64,000 bases of DNA from Clostridia bacterium (GTDB lineage: Bacteria > Bacillota > Clostridia > UMGS1883). How positions within the stretch are numbered: position 1 is the first letter of the stretch; every line of letters begins with the position of its first letter. The notes beneath the pieces are model-generated. The model was not told where the DNA came from. It did not search any database and saw only the letters and a list, made by a program, of their open reading frames with translations. Of the stretch, positions 36,626 to 47,352 are shown piece by piece. The stretch lies in the NCBI GenBank assembly GCA_045545055.1, contig JAZQAB010000011.1, positions 2,594 through 66,593 on the forward strand, written 5' to 3'. Both the position numbers and the translations under genes were made by a program.

Positions 36626-37885
36626 GTGGAATTTGTAACTAAAATAGAAAGAGAACTTGAGGCAGATGTGGTTGTTGTAGGTGGTGGCACATCGGGAGTT
36701 TTTGCAGCAATTTCGGCTGCGAAAACAGGAGCAAAAACAATTTTGGTTGAGAAAAACAGCGTCCTTGGCGGAACAATGACAGTTGCAAATGTAAATTTCC
36801 CGGGATTGTTTTTTGCATGGGGAAAACAAATTATCAGCGGACCTTGTTGGGAATCCATCGAACGGACTATAGCACTTGGTGGAGCACAAATGCCCGAAAT
36901 TTCATTTAAACCCGTAAAGCATTGGCATGAACAAATAAGATTAAACAGATTTGTATACATAAATGTATTGTTTGAAATGTGTAAAGAAGCAGGGGTTGAA
37001 ATTATATGCAACAGCATGATTTCAGATATAATCAGAGATGATAATTATTTAAAACTGATTGTTACTGATAAAAATGGTTTGTGCCTAATTAAAACGAAAA
37101 CGGCAGTTGATGCAACAGGAGATGCAACTTTAACTCAATTAGCAGGCTACCCAGTTGAAAAAAGTCCAAAACAGCAACCTGCAACTTTGCAGAATCACAT
37201 CTCGGGGTATGATTTAGATGAGGGGATAGAAGAGGAAATCAGAGAAAAGTTTGATACAGCAAACCTACCTGAATATATCACCGCGAATCGTGTTATTGAC
37301 TTTCTTAGAATCAATAAAATTGATATGCATATCCCGTGCGTTGATGCTGATACCTCACAAGGAAAAACACGTCTGGAGCAAAGGGCGTTTTCACAAACTC
37401 TAAGCTTGTATAAGTTTTTAAGAAGCATACACGGACTTGAGAATTTGGAAATAGATTTTATAGCCGAAGAAACAGGCGTGCGTGAAACGAATCGCATCAT
37501 AGGAGAAAATACAATTATTGCAGAGGATTATATTAATGGTATTTTCTACCCTGATTCGATATGTTATGCGTTTTATCCAATAGACAGACACGTTATGGAT
37601 AAAATTGAAAAGGTATATCATAAAGAAAATGTAGTGCCTAAAATACCATATTCAGCATTGATTCCCAAAAATTCCAAACATATCCTTTGTGCCGGACGAT
37701 GCATTGCTTCGGATACATATGCAAACAGTGCTGTTCGGGTGGAGGCTACTTGCATGGCTACAGGTCAGGCTGCCGGCTGTGCAGCAGCAATAGCAGCCAA
37801 ACGCAATATTAGCGTGCAAGGGGTTTCGTATACTGAATTGAAAAATGCGTTAAAAGCTATTAATGCCATCGTGCCTGAAAAATAG
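36626..37885 (+). CDS. FAD-dependent oxidoreductase
   Basis: GTG start at 36626 with RBS aaggag. Rossmann dinucleotide motif VVVVGGGTSGVFAAISAA. FAD_oxidored-like family. Confidence 0.7.
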   Translation: MEFVTKIERELEADVVVVGGGTSGVFAAISAAKTGAKTILVEKNSVLGGTMTVANVNFPGLFFAWGKQIISGPCWESIERTIALGGAQMPEISFKPVKHWHEQIRLNRFVYINVLFEMCKEAGVEIICNSMISDIIRDDNYLKLIVTDKNGLCLIKTKTAVDATGDATLTQLAGYPVEKSPKQQPATLQNHISGYDLDEGIEEEIREKFDTANLPEYITANRVIDFLRINKIDMHIPCVDADTSQGKTRLEQRAFSQTLSLYKFLRSIHGLENLEIDFIAEETGVRETNRIIGENTIIAEDYINGIFYPDSICYAFYPIDRHVMDKIEKVYHKENVVPKIPYSALIPKNSKHILCAGRCIASDTYANSAVRVEATCMATGQAAGCAAAIAAKRNISVQGVSYTELKNALKAINAIVPEK

Positions 37886-37932
37886 TACTGTTTTTTGTAT
37901 ATTTAAAGAAAAAACACCAATACTGTTATTGG

Positions 37933-38154
37933 GTGATTGATATGGAAGAAAGACCAATAATTGAAAGAAACGATTCTCCCGATAAGGACTCTTTCTATGA
38001 TAAGCTGATTGATGCAGATGCAGTTATATCGGCTACGGAGTGTACCGGGCTTATGTACAGACCTCCGCAGAATGAAAATGAGGCGGAAAGCTACAGCGAT
38101 ATATACACCGTGCCGCAGGTAGCCAATGAAGCAGAAAAAGAACTAAGAAAATAA
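37933..38154 (+). CDS. small acidic hypothetical protein
   Basis: A 73-aa ORF with a weak RBS, followed immediately by a terminator. No motif was recognised. Confidence 0.3.
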   Translation: MIDMEERPIIERNDSPDKDSFYDKLIDADAVISATECTGLMYRPPQNENEAESYSDIYTVPQVANEAEKELRK

Positions 38155-38197
38155 AATAAAGGAATTTGCCTGTCAGTTGGCAAATTCCTTTATTTTA
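38155..38197 (+). terminator. bidirectional intrinsic terminator
   Basis: aataaaggaatttgcc / ggcaaattcctttatt is a 16-bp stem flanked by T/A runs. Confidence 0.7.
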
Positions 38198-38999
38198 TGG
38201 CAATTATAACTCTATCATTTTGTCCATAATCCTTGTGAAGCTCTACAGATGAAAAATCCTTTAATAAGTTTTTCACAGCTTCGCCCTGGTCATAGCCAAT
38301 TTCCAAAGCCAGCATACCGCCTGTGGAAAGTGCTTTATATGCCTTTTGGGCAATTACTCTGTAGAAATCAAGACCGTCACTTCCACCGTCAAGAGCAAGA
38401 CATGGCTCATACTCACTTACTTCAAGCGTGGGAACAATACTGCTTTTGATATAGGGGGGGTTTGAAACAATGATGTCGTAGTTTTTCTCTATTCTGTCCG
38501 TCATTATATCGAGTTTAAAAATTCTGACCTTATCTTCAATATTATTAAGCACGGCGTTTTCCCTTGCCGCCTTCATTGCGTTTTCAGAAATATCCGTAAG
38601 GTCACATCTTGCATCATCAATAAATTTCACAAGGGAAATTCCTATGCAACCGCTCCCCGTGCATAAATCAAGAATCTCAGGAGCGTGAAAAGTGCATTTT
38701 TCAATGATTTTTTCCACAAGACATTCCGTGTCGGGGCGGGGAATAAGCGTATCCTCATTCAGCTTAAAGGGAAGCCCCATAAATTCCTTTTCACCTAATA
38801 TATATGCCACAGGCACACCCTTTGCCCTTTTCTCGATGTAGGCATCGAAGGCTTCTTTTTGAGCATGGTCGGGGTTTTCAAAAATCAGTGCGGCGTTTTC
38901 CTTATTCATGGCCTTGGCTAAAAGCACCCTTGCATCGAGCAAAGGAGTTTCGCTGCATGAAAGCTTTTTTGCCGCATCATTTAAAAGCTCTCTTACCAT
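38190..38999 (-). CDS. prmC: release-factor glutamine N5-methyltransferase
   Basis: NPPY motif (IVSNPPYIKSS). SAM-binding motif LDLCTGSGCIG. HemK/PrmC architecture. Confidence 0.8.
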   Translation of the reverse strand: MVRELLNDAAKKLSCSETPLLDARVLLAKAMNKENAALIFENPDHAQKEAFDAYIEKRAKGVPVAYILGEKEFMGLPFKLNEDTLIPRPDTECLVEKIIEKCTFHAPEILDLCTGSGCIGISLVKFIDDARCDLTDISENAMKAARENAVLNNIEDKVRIFKLDIMTDRIEKNYDIIVSNPPYIKSSIVPTLEVSEYEPCLALDGGSDGLDFYRVIAQKAYKALSTGGMLALEIGYDQGEAVKNLLKDFSSVELHKDYGQNDRVIIAIK

Positions 39000-39937
39000 T
39001 TGTCGTCCTCTTTATTGTCCGTAAGAACTGCTTTCATAGAAGTAATTGCAACCTCAAGCTGGCTGTCGTCAGGTTCACGTGTGGTTATTTTTTGAAGCAG
39101 CATACCGGGCTTGCTTATAACGCAAACAACCCTGCTCTTGCTTTTTCCTGCCCAGCGGATTACCTCATAGCTAAGTCCTGCCACAACCGGCAGCAGAAGA
39201 AGCCTCAGCCCCAGCCGTATCCATATATTGCTCCATGAAATAAAGGAGAAAAGAATAATGCTTATAATCATTACGAACACAAGAAAGCTTGTTCCGCACC
39301 TTGGATGAAGTCTTGACATACCCCTTGCGTTTTCAACGGTAAGGTCAAGTCCTGCCTCGTAGCAAAAAATGGTTTTATGCTCTGCACCGTGGTACTGGAA
39401 AACTCTTTTTATATCCTCCATTTGTGAAACAAGAATAACATAGCCTAAAAATATACTGATGCGGATAACACCCTCTATCAATGTCTTTAAAAGGTTATTA
39501 TCTATAGCATCACCAAGGAGAAAGCCCGTTATCAGATTGGGCAGAAAGAAAAACAGCCCGATTGAAAAAATAAGAGATATGAAAAGGGAGAAGTAAATTA
39601 CAATATCCTTAATCTTATCTCCGAATTTACGGCTGAGCCACTTATCAAATTTCGACTCGGATTCTTCCTCCTCCAAATCCACAAATTCAGCACTCCACAT
39701 AAGTGCACGGGTGCTTGAAATCATAGAATCAAAAAAGGCAAAAACGCCCCTTACAATCGGAATTTTGTTTACGTGATATTTTGTTACCAAAGAACTTACC
39801 GCACGCTTGTCAAGTACTATTTCTCCGTCGCTTTTTCTGACTGCCGTGGCAATTTCCTTGGGCCCTTTCATCATTACACCCTCCATAACGGCACTTCCGC
39901 CGATAGAGGTGATATGCTCCTTTTGTTCTTTAGCCAT
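38993..39937 (-). CDS. DUF1385 (YqhQ-like) membrane-associated protein
   Basis: A conserved DUF1385 core (GGSAVMEGVMMKG...HGAEHK) and C-terminal TM helices. It shows the usual synteny upstream of prmC. Confidence 0.65.
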   Translation of the reverse strand: MAKEQKEHITSIGGSAVMEGVMMKGPKEIATAVRKSDGEIVLDKRAVSSLVTKYHVNKIPIVRGVFAFFDSMISSTRALMWSAEFVDLEEEESESKFDKWLSRKFGDKIKDIVIYFSLFISLIFSIGLFFFLPNLITGFLLGDAIDNNLLKTLIEGVIRISIFLGYVILVSQMEDIKRVFQYHGAEHKTIFCYEAGLDLTVENARGMSRLHPRCGTSFLVFVMIISIILFSFISWSNIWIRLGLRLLLLPVVAGLSYEVIRWAGKSKSRVVCVISKPGMLLQKITTREPDDSQLEVAITSMKAVLTDNKEDDKW

Positions 39938-40224
39938 AATGATACACTCCTTTCCCAACTCGTCCCGAAGGGACATATTGCATTACGAAGTAATATATCG
40001 CACCGCAAGGTATATCGCAAATTCTGTCAGGAATTTATATCGCTGATTTCATCTTCGATGAAATCATTATACCATACCGCATAGCCTATTTCAATAGTTT
40101 GACCGCCTAAAAAGTTAAAAAAGATAACAATTAGATTACAATTATGTGTACATACTTGTAATAGGAAAAAAATAGGTGTATTATAGTAAACAGGAGAACT
40201 ATATATACGAAATGGAGAAAAGCT

Positions 40225-41475
40225 ATGAAACTGCCTTGGGAGAAAAAACATCTTTGCTGGGGAATAACTGCATTCCTCACAATAATTGCAAGCATTTTAT
40301 TTTATATGGTGCTTCAGCGTTGGAGCGTGGTTTCGGGAGTGCTGGGGATAATCACAAGCAGCCTTGCCCCCATAACCTACGGTCTTATTCTGGCGTACCT
40401 TATTAATCCGCTTTTAATTTGGATTGAGAACGGTATTGTTTTCCCTGCAGTATCAGCCGTTTCCAAGAAAAAGAACAGGCGTATACATAATATATCGAGA
40501 ATGATATCCTTGACTTTGGCATGGTCACTTGCCGTTGCGGTTATATATGCACTTCTGGCGTTGGTACTTCCCGAAATTACGGAGAGCATAGAATCGCTTA
40601 TTGCAAGTGTTCCCGAATATGCAAGTCATGCTATGGAGTGGGGCGGAGATATTATAAAGAAAAACCCTGCAATTCAGGCGTTTTTACTTCAGTTAATTGA
40701 AGGTTTTTCGTCCAATGTTGAGAGCATTACGTCCAAGCTGCACGAAATATTGCCGAATATAGATACTTTTCTGGCAGGGATTACAAGCAGCCTGTATAAT
40801 GTCGTTTCCGTGATTTTAAATGTTCTTATCGGTGTTATTGTATCGGTGTATGTTCTTAAAGATAAAGAAAAGTTCACGGCACAGTCGAAAAAAATACTTT
40901 ACAGTGTGTTGCCTATCGAAAAAGCAAATAACGTTATTGCCCTTTTCAGAATGACCCATGATAAATTCGGGAATTTTATCACAGGCAAGATTTTTGATTC
41001 GCTGATAATCGGCGTTATATGCTTTGTCGTAACGACTATTTTCGATATGCCGTATCCGGCACTTATCAGCGTTATAGTAGGCGTTACAAATGTGATTCCC
41101 TTTTTCGGACCTTTCATCGGAGCAATTCCCAGTGCACTGCTGATTCTTTTTGCCGAACCGGGCAAATGCATAGGATTTATAATATTTATAATTCTCCTTC
41201 AGCAGTTTGACGGAAACATACTGGGACCGAAAATTCTCGGAAGCTCCACGGGCATTTCAAGCTTCTGGGTGCTTTTCTCAATTCTTGTGGGAAGCGGACT
41301 ATTCGGAATATGGGGCATGGTTTGCAGTGTTCCGATTTTTGCGGTAATATATAATTTAGTGCGTGAGGGTTGTCATGATTCACTTACTAAAAAAGGTGTA
41401 GATTATTCCTCCGAAACCTACGAAAAAATAGACCATATAGATGAGCATACAAAATCCCCCGTGTGGTTTGAATAA
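40225..41475 (+). CDS. AI-2E family transporter (UPF0118/PerM-like)
   Basis: Eight TM segments and a conserved C-terminal block (TNVIPFFGPFIGAIPSALLIL). Confidence 0.75.
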   Translation: MKLPWEKKHLCWGITAFLTIIASILFYMVLQRWSVVSGVLGIITSSLAPITYGLILAYLINPLLIWIENGIVFPAVSAVSKKKNRRIHNISRMISLTLAWSLAVAVIYALLALVLPEITESIESLIASVPEYASHAMEWGGDIIKKNPAIQAFLLQLIEGFSSNVESITSKLHEILPNIDTFLAGITSSLYNVVSVILNVLIGVIVSVYVLKDKEKFTAQSKKILYSVLPIEKANNVIALFRMTHDKFGNFITGKIFDSLIIGVICFVVTTIFDMPYPALISVIVGVTNVIPFFGPFIGAIPSALLILFAEPGKCIGFIIFIILLQQFDGNILGPKILGSSTGISSFWVLFSILVGSGLFGIWGMVCSVPIFAVIYNLVREGCHDSLTKKGVDYSSETYEKIDHIDEHTKSPVWFE

Positions 41476-41496
41476 TATTACAGAGAGGTAGAAAAA

Positions 41497-41949
41497 ATGG
41501 CTGAACAACTTTTATCCAAGGTTCTTACATTCTTCTTTGTTTTGATAATATACCTGTTTATTTTCGTTATAATCCGTATGATTTATATGGATATACGAAT
41601 TATGTACAAGAAAAAAACGGGCAATATGGCAGATGCATATCTTAAGCTTATAAATCTCAGGCGAAACTTAGATTTTTACGTGGATGAAAGCTATGAAATT
41701 TCTGACAGTGAAATTATCGGCAGAGGTAAAAAGTGCGACATCCGTATTGCCGACAGCTATCTTTCCGCAAAGAACAGTCGTATTTTCAAGCACGGCGGAA
41801 AGTTTTATATTGAGGATTTGGACAGTACAAACGGAACATACTTAAACGGTGAGCCGTTGGGGGATATGGCGGTTGAGCTGTTAGACGGCGATAAAATTTC
41901 ATTGGGCAGGTCAAAATTTCTCTTTGTACTGCCTAAGAGGGATAAGTGA
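41497..41949 (+). CDS. FHA domain-containing membrane protein
   Basis: An N-terminal TM helix is followed by an FHA domain (IIGRGKKCDIRIADSYLSAKNSRIF..STNGTYLNGEPL). Confidence 0.75.
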   Translation: MAEQLLSKVLTFFFVLIIYLFIFVIIRMIYMDIRIMYKKKTGNMADAYLKLINLRRNLDFYVDESYEISDSEIIGRGKKCDIRIADSYLSAKNSRIFKHGGKFYIEDLDSTNGTYLNGEPLGDMAVELLDGDKISLGRSKFLFVLPKRDK

Positions 41950-43199
41950 TTATGAATAAAAAAACTCTTGATATAAGACCGCTTTTTCTGCTTCTTCTCC
42001 TTAATGCTTTGGGGATAATGGTTTTGTTTATTAATGGAAATGAAGCATCACATGACCTTTTGGTGCTCTCAAGCATTATGTGCATTGTAAGTATTATTGC
42101 GTATGTAATTATTGCAAAATTAAAATTGGGAGACCCCTATCTTTTTATTATAGTTTCCATGCTTTCATCGGTGGGAATTATTATGGTTTCTCAATTAAAC
42201 AGTGCTGCAGGAAAAAAACAGCTTATATGGTACATCGTGGGTGTGGCGGCATTTTTTGCGGCATTGTGGATATATCGTATGCTTAACAAGCGGCTTAAAA
42301 AGCTGACACTTATTTATTACATGGGTGCGGTGGCACTTTTCGTGGCAACGCTTTTGTTCGGAACAAGAATCCATGGTGCAAAAAACTGGCTTTTTGGTGT
42401 ACAACCTTCTGAGTTTATAAGGATTTTATATGTAATGTGTCTTGCGTCGGTTTTTTTTGAACCAAAAGGCAGGGGCAAAAAAAAGCAGCTTTCCAAGCCT
42501 GAGAAATGGAAAAAGCTTTTTATATCTGCATTTATAGCAGGTACATCTGCCATTTTTCTGCTTCTTCAGAAGGAACTGGGAACGCTTCTTGTGTTTGGAA
42601 TTGTCTACCTTGTCTACCTGTATGTTTATGGGGACAGTAAGCCGTTCCTTGTACTTAATATCCTTGCGGTTGTTGGGGCGGCTATGTTTGCGGTAACGGT
42701 ATTTTCTCATGTACAGGAGCGTGTAGTGGGCTGGCGTGACCCGCTGGGGACATATGAGAACGAAGGCTATCAGATTTCTCTGGCTCTCATGGCTGTTGCC
42801 TCGGGCGGATTCAGCGGCAGAGGAATAGGAAACTCACTTCCGGGAAACCTTTACGCCCTTGAATCCGATTCGATTTTTGTTGTTATTTGCGAGGAATTGG
42901 GACTTATGGGCGGATTCGCCGTGTTGATGCTCTACTTCGTTCTTGTTTACAGAGGGTTTAAAATAGCACTCTCTACAACAAATCCGTTTAATAAGGCGGT
43001 AAGCGTGGGGCTTAGTGTGGCAATAGGTATTCAAACCTTTATTATCGTGGGCGGTATTACAAACTTAATTCCCCTTACGGGTATTACGCTTCCCTTTATC
43101 AGTGCAGGAGGAAGCAGTATGGTATCGACTTTTATGATAGTAGGAATGCTTCAGGCAATCAGCTCAATGAAAGGAGAGACCTCGGATGAACTTGAATAA
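41946..43199 (+). CDS. FtsW/RodA/SpoVE (SEDS) family peptidoglycan polymerase
   Basis: Ten TM helices and the SEDS conserved loop (SDSIFVVICEELGLMG). Translationally coupled with the FHA gene. Confidence 0.85.
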   Translation: MIMNKKTLDIRPLFLLLLLNALGIMVLFINGNEASHDLLVLSSIMCIVSIIAYVIIAKLKLGDPYLFIIVSMLSSVGIIMVSQLNSAAGKKQLIWYIVGVAAFFAALWIYRMLNKRLKKLTLIYYMGAVALFVATLLFGTRIHGAKNWLFGVQPSEFIRILYVMCLASVFFEPKGRGKKKQLSKPEKWKKLFISAFIAGTSAIFLLLQKELGTLLVFGIVYLVYLYVYGDSKPFLVLNILAVVGAAMFAVTVFSHVQERVVGWRDPLGTYENEGYQISLALMAVASGGFSGRGIGNSLPGNLYALESDSIFVVICEELGLMGGFAVLMLYFVLVYRGFKIALSTTNPFNKAVSVGLSVAIGIQTFIIVGGITNLIPLTGITLPFISAGGSSMVSTFMIVGMLQAISSMKGETSDELE

Positions 43200-44631
43200 G
43201 CGTATTATCCGTGCAATGACACTGCTTCTTTCTCTTTTCTTTGTGCTAATGCTTCACCTGAATTATTTTATAATATTTGAGTCAAGGGAGTATGTGGAGG
43301 ACGTCCATAATCCCAGACTTTATGAGGTTACCCGCGGAACGATTTACGATAGAACAGGGGAAACCATTTTGGCAAAGAGCGAGGGAGAGGGAAATCTCCA
43401 AAAGCGTGTCTACCCCTACGGTAAGCTGTATGCTCATGTAGTGGGGCATTTCAGCAGAGAGTATGGCAGAAGCGGACTTGAAAAGGAGTATGACAGCTAT
43501 TTAAGTGCAAACCCCACGATGCTCAGTGTCCTTTACGAAAAGGGAAAGAATGTTGAAAACAAAGGACAGGACTTGTATCTGACTATTGACCATAATCTGA
43601 CCTCTCTTGTGGATAAAACAGTAAAAAATCGTTTCGGAGAGAGAAAAAACGCAAATGTTATTGTAATGAATCCCAATACGGGGGAGGTTTACTGTGCTTA
43701 TTCGTCAAAGGCTTTTAATCCAAATATTGACGAAATGAAAAAGGTCATAAGCACGGGCGGAAAAATTGATTACCGCTTTGATGCTGTGAATAATCAATTC
43801 TGCCCCGGCTCTACATTTAAAATAATAACTGCGGCAGCGGCTATTGATAACGGGCTTGAGGACTATGAGGTAATGGACGAAACAGGCTCAATTAATGTAG
43901 GCGGTGCAGTGTTTGGAAATGACGGCTCAAAGGCAATGGGGAAGACCGATATGCGAAAAGCAATCGTCAAATCAAGCAATGTTTACTTTACCGATATTTC
44001 AAAGGAAATAGGTAAGGAAAATATGATTGAAAGCCTTGACAAGTTTCTGGTAACGAAAAAGCTTCCTTTTGATGGGTTAAATACGATAGAAAGCGGTATC
44101 ACGATATTAAGCAGGGAAGGAAATTCAGTTAAAACCGTCAATCTTGATGATTGCGACACTGCGGCAATGGCATCGATTGCTTTCGGGCAGGAGCCTGTAA
44201 AGTTAAGCCCCCTTCATATGGCTTTGGCAGTGTCGGCAATAGCAAATGACGGAAAAATTCCTGTGCCATACCTTGTAGAAACCTCAAGACGCAATAGCAA
44301 GGTGGACTACAGTGCGGAAAGAGCCGTTTTGTCAAGAGGCTGCAGCGAGCGTGCCGCACGTCTTATAAGGACATATATGGTTGATTGCGTTGAGGAAGGA
44401 ACGGGGAGAAGTGCAAGAATCTCAGGATTTAAGTTCGGTGGAAAAACGGGTACGGCTCAGGTAGAAGGAAAATCCTCGCACGCATGGTATGTCGGCTTTG
44501 CTCCTGCAAATAATCCGCAGATTGCATTCTGCGTAATGGTGGAAAACGGAGGCTACGGCGGAAGCACTTGCGGACCGATTGTAAAGGAAATTATTAAATA
44601 TTGCAGAAACAGTGACCTTATAGCAGAGTAG
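43186..44631 (+). CDS. class B penicillin-binding protein (PBP2-type transpeptidase)
   Basis: The SxxK (STFK), SSN and KTG(T) motifs are all present, and there is an N-terminal TM anchor. Confidence 0.85.
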   Translation: MNLNKRIIRAMTLLLSLFFVLMLHLNYFIIFESREYVEDVHNPRLYEVTRGTIYDRTGETILAKSEGEGNLQKRVYPYGKLYAHVVGHFSREYGRSGLEKEYDSYLSANPTMLSVLYEKGKNVENKGQDLYLTIDHNLTSLVDKTVKNRFGERKNANVIVMNPNTGEVYCAYSSKAFNPNIDEMKKVISTGGKIDYRFDAVNNQFCPGSTFKIITAAAAIDNGLEDYEVMDETGSINVGGAVFGNDGSKAMGKTDMRKAIVKSSNVYFTDISKEIGKENMIESLDKFLVTKKLPFDGLNTIESGITILSREGNSVKTVNLDDCDTAAMASIAFGQEPVKLSPLHMALAVSAIANDGKIPVPYLVETSRRNSKVDYSAERAVLSRGCSERAARLIRTYMVDCVEEGTGRSARISGFKFGGKTGTAQVEGKSSHAWYVGFAPANNPQIAFCVMVENGGYGGSTCGPIVKEIIKYCRNSDLIAE

Positions 44632-44635
44632 AATA

Positions 44636-44676
44636 GTAGAAAAGAAGTAATCAGCCGATTACTTCTTTTCTACTAT
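44636..44676 (+). terminator. bidirectional intrinsic terminator
   Basis: agaaaagaagtaatc / gattacttcttttct hairpin between convergent genes. Confidence 0.65.
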
Positions 44677-45579
44677 TGCCTTTATTGAGGAGCAATATTC
44701 TACGGGACTCAGCCCCGTTACTTTTTTAAATTGTCTTGAAAAATAATGAATGCTTGAATAGCCTAAAATGTAGGAAATCTGAGATATGTTGTAATTATCC
44801 TCACGCAGATATTTTTTAGCAAGGTCTATTTTTAAATTTATAAAATACTCCATAATGGTCATGTCAAAGGTGTTACGGAAGACGGTAGCAATCGTAGTTT
44901 TGTTAAAACCACTGTAACGAACCAACTCATTTATGGTTATGTTTTCTGTAATATGATCTACCATATAGTTAACAAGCATATTGCAAAGGGCACTTTCACG
45001 GTTAATGCTCATTTGTGAACGGGAAAGAGATGCTGCAGTTCCTCTCAAAAAAGAGATGAGAAGCTCTGCTATGTATTGCTTCACCAATTGCTCGGAGCCT
45101 AATATTGCTTCCTTTTTTCTTGTAATTTGTGTGGTGTACGGATTGTTAAGCGGTGTTGAAAATGCACCCGTGTACTCGGAAATAATTTTAGAAATAATTG
45201 TTTTATGCTCCTGCCCCACGGTCAGCATTTTGTCTTCAAAAAAGCTCATATCGGGAGAGGTACATTCAAAGGAGATAATCGCCACGTTGTTTGCAATTTG
45301 AGGGGAACAGTGAAGGGTGTGCCATTGATTGGGCTTATGGAAAAAGATATTTCCCTGTGGGAGTATAAATTCCCTGTCCTCCGCAAAAACAGTAATGTCG
45401 CCCTTATCGGCATAAACAGCTTCCCAGAAATCATGAGCTTCACCCTCAAATTTAAAATTTGCGGGATATTCAAAATAATGTACGCTGTAAAGCTTACCGA
45501 TATTTATAGTAGTTCTAAGCTTAGCTCCGTGGTACTTTTCCATATCATCGCCTCCATTCTCACTATAGCATGAAAGCAT
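44659..45579 (-). CDS. AraC family transcriptional regulator (cupin + HTH)
   Basis: The C-terminus is an AraC HTH (YSSIHYFSRQFKKVTGLSPVEY). Confidence 0.8.
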   Translation of the reverse strand: MLSCYSENGGDDMEKYHGAKLRTTINIGKLYSVHYFEYPANFKFEGEAHDFWEAVYADKGDITVFAEDREFILPQGNIFFHKPNQWHTLHCSPQIANNVAIISFECTSPDMSFFEDKMLTVGQEHKTIISKIISEYTGAFSTPLNNPYTTQITRKKEAILGSEQLVKQYIAELLISFLRGTAASLSRSQMSINRESALCNMLVNYMVDHITENITINELVRYSGFNKTTIATVFRNTFDMTIMEYFINLKIDLAKKYLREDNYNISQISYILGYSSIHYFSRQFKKVTGLSPVEYCSSIKAIVEKK

Positions 45580-45732
45580 TAAAAAATCAATGATAAAAAT
45601 GCAAAAAAAATATGTTTTTGTGCAAATACTTTTTCTGTAAATTATGTATAATAAAATAAAGATAGATATAAGGCATACTTTAATACATAGTTTTCATTAT
45701 TTGCAGGTATATAGAGAAGGAGATAGAAAACA

Positions 45733-46467
45733 ATGAAAATTTATAAGGCTAAAGATTACAATGACATGAGCCGAAAGGCGGCAAATATCCTTTCCGCACA
45801 GGTAATTATGAAACCCGATGCGGTTTTAGGTCTGGCAACAGGCTCAACCCCTTTGGGTGCATATTCTCAGCTTATTGAATGGTACAAGAAGGGCGATATC
45901 GATTTTTCACTCGTTACTACAGTGAACCTTGACGAATACAAGGGGCTTACAAAAGACAATTCTCAGAGCTACTACAGATTTATGTGTGAAAACTTTTTTG
46001 ACCACATCAATATTGATAAGAAGAATGTCAATATACCTGACGGAACGCAGGAAAACAGTGACATTGAGTGTGAAAGATATAATAACGTAATCCGCAGTGT
46101 CGGCGGAATTGATATGCAGCTTTTAGGAATAGGCGGGAACGGACATATAGGATTCAATGAGCCGGGCTGTGCTTTTGAAACAGAGACTCATTGCGTAAAG
46201 CTTACGGAAAGCACAATTAATGCAAATTCCAGATTTTTCAATTCTATTGACGAAGTTCCCAAGGAAGCATATACAATGGGTATTAAGAGCATAATGCAGG
46301 CAAAGAAGATTCTTCTTATAGCCTCGGGTGAGAACAAGGCAAAGGCTTTGTATGAAGCAATCTGCGGACCTGTTACTCCTAAGAATCAGGCGTCAATACT
46401 TCAGCTACATAACGATGTGACGATTGTTGCGGATGAAGCGGCACTCTCTCTTATGAATTGTATATAA
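45733..46467 (+). CDS. nagB: glucosamine-6-phosphate deaminase
   Basis: NagB signature (LATGSTPLGAYSQL; IGGNGHIGFNEPG). About 244 aa. Confidence 0.85.
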   Translation: MKIYKAKDYNDMSRKAANILSAQVIMKPDAVLGLATGSTPLGAYSQLIEWYKKGDIDFSLVTTVNLDEYKGLTKDNSQSYYRFMCENFFDHINIDKKNVNIPDGTQENSDIECERYNNVIRSVGGIDMQLLGIGGNGHIGFNEPGCAFETETHCVKLTESTINANSRFFNSIDEVPKEAYTMGIKSIMQAKKILLIASGENKAKALYEAICGPVTPKNQASILQLHNDVTIVADEAALSLMNCI

Positions 46468-46503
46468 TAAAAACATAGAGTATATATAAAGGCGGTGTTT
46501 TAC

Positions 46504-47352
46504 ATGGGCAAAGATGCAACACTTGTTGTTATGGCTGCCGGAATGGGAAGCCGATTCGGTGGACTCAAGCAGCTTGAGCCTATCGGACCGGGGGGAGAGG
46601 TAATACTTGACCTTTCTGTTTTCGATGCACAAAAGGCAGGCTTTAATAAAGTTGTTTTTATCATTCGCAGAGATATAGAAAAGGATTTTCGTGAAATAGT
46701 GGGAAGCAGAATAGAAAAGAGAATCAAGACGGAATACGTTTTTCAGGATATGGAGAAGCTTCCCTCAGGCTTTACTGCTCCCGAAGGAAGAACAAAGCCG
46801 TGGGGAACAGGTCACGCAGTGTATTGCTGCAAAGACGTGGTGAAGGAGCCTTTCGCTCTAATCAATGCAGATGACTATTACGGACAGAGTGCATTTAAGA
46901 CCATTTACGATGAATTAACTTCATCAGACTTAACCTGTATGGTAGGATATAAGCTGGGAAATACTCTTACCGAAAACGGCACTGTTGCACGAGGCGTGTG
47001 CGAGGTAGAGGGTGATGTGCTCAAAAGCATAACCGAGCATACCTCACTTGATAAAAACAGTGGTATTCCGCTGAATACTACTGTTTCCATGAATATGTGG
47101 GGACTAAGACCTGAGATTTTTGACCGCGTAGAAGCAGACTTTGTAAAGTTTTTGGAAAACCTATCAAATCCCATGAAAGATGAATTCTATATCCCCTTTG
47201 TAATCGACCGTGCCATAAAGGAAAATGGCGAAAGGGTAAAAGTTCTCACAACCGAAGAAAAATGGTACGGCGTTACTTACCGTGAGGATAAGGAATCGGT
47301 AGTAAGTGCCGTTAAAAAGCTTTTTGCGGAGGGAATATACGATGGGATCTAA
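46504..47352 (+). CDS. sugar-1-phosphate nucleotidyltransferase (MurU/GlmU-N-like)
   Basis: An NTP_transferase G-loop (LVVMAAGMGSRFGGLKQL). RBS aaaggcgg sits 8 nt upstream of the ATG at 46504. Confidence 0.6.
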   Translation: MGKDATLVVMAAGMGSRFGGLKQLEPIGPGGEVILDLSVFDAQKAGFNKVVFIIRRDIEKDFREIVGSRIEKRIKTEYVFQDMEKLPSGFTAPEGRTKPWGTGHAVYCCKDVVKEPFALINADDYYGQSAFKTIYDELTSSDLTCMVGYKLGNTLTENGTVARGVCEVEGDVLKSITEHTSLDKNSGIPLNTTVSMNMWGLRPEIFDRVEADFVKFLENLSNPMKDEFYIPFVIDRAIKENGERVKVLTTEEKWYGVTYREDKESVVSAVKKLFAEGIYDGI

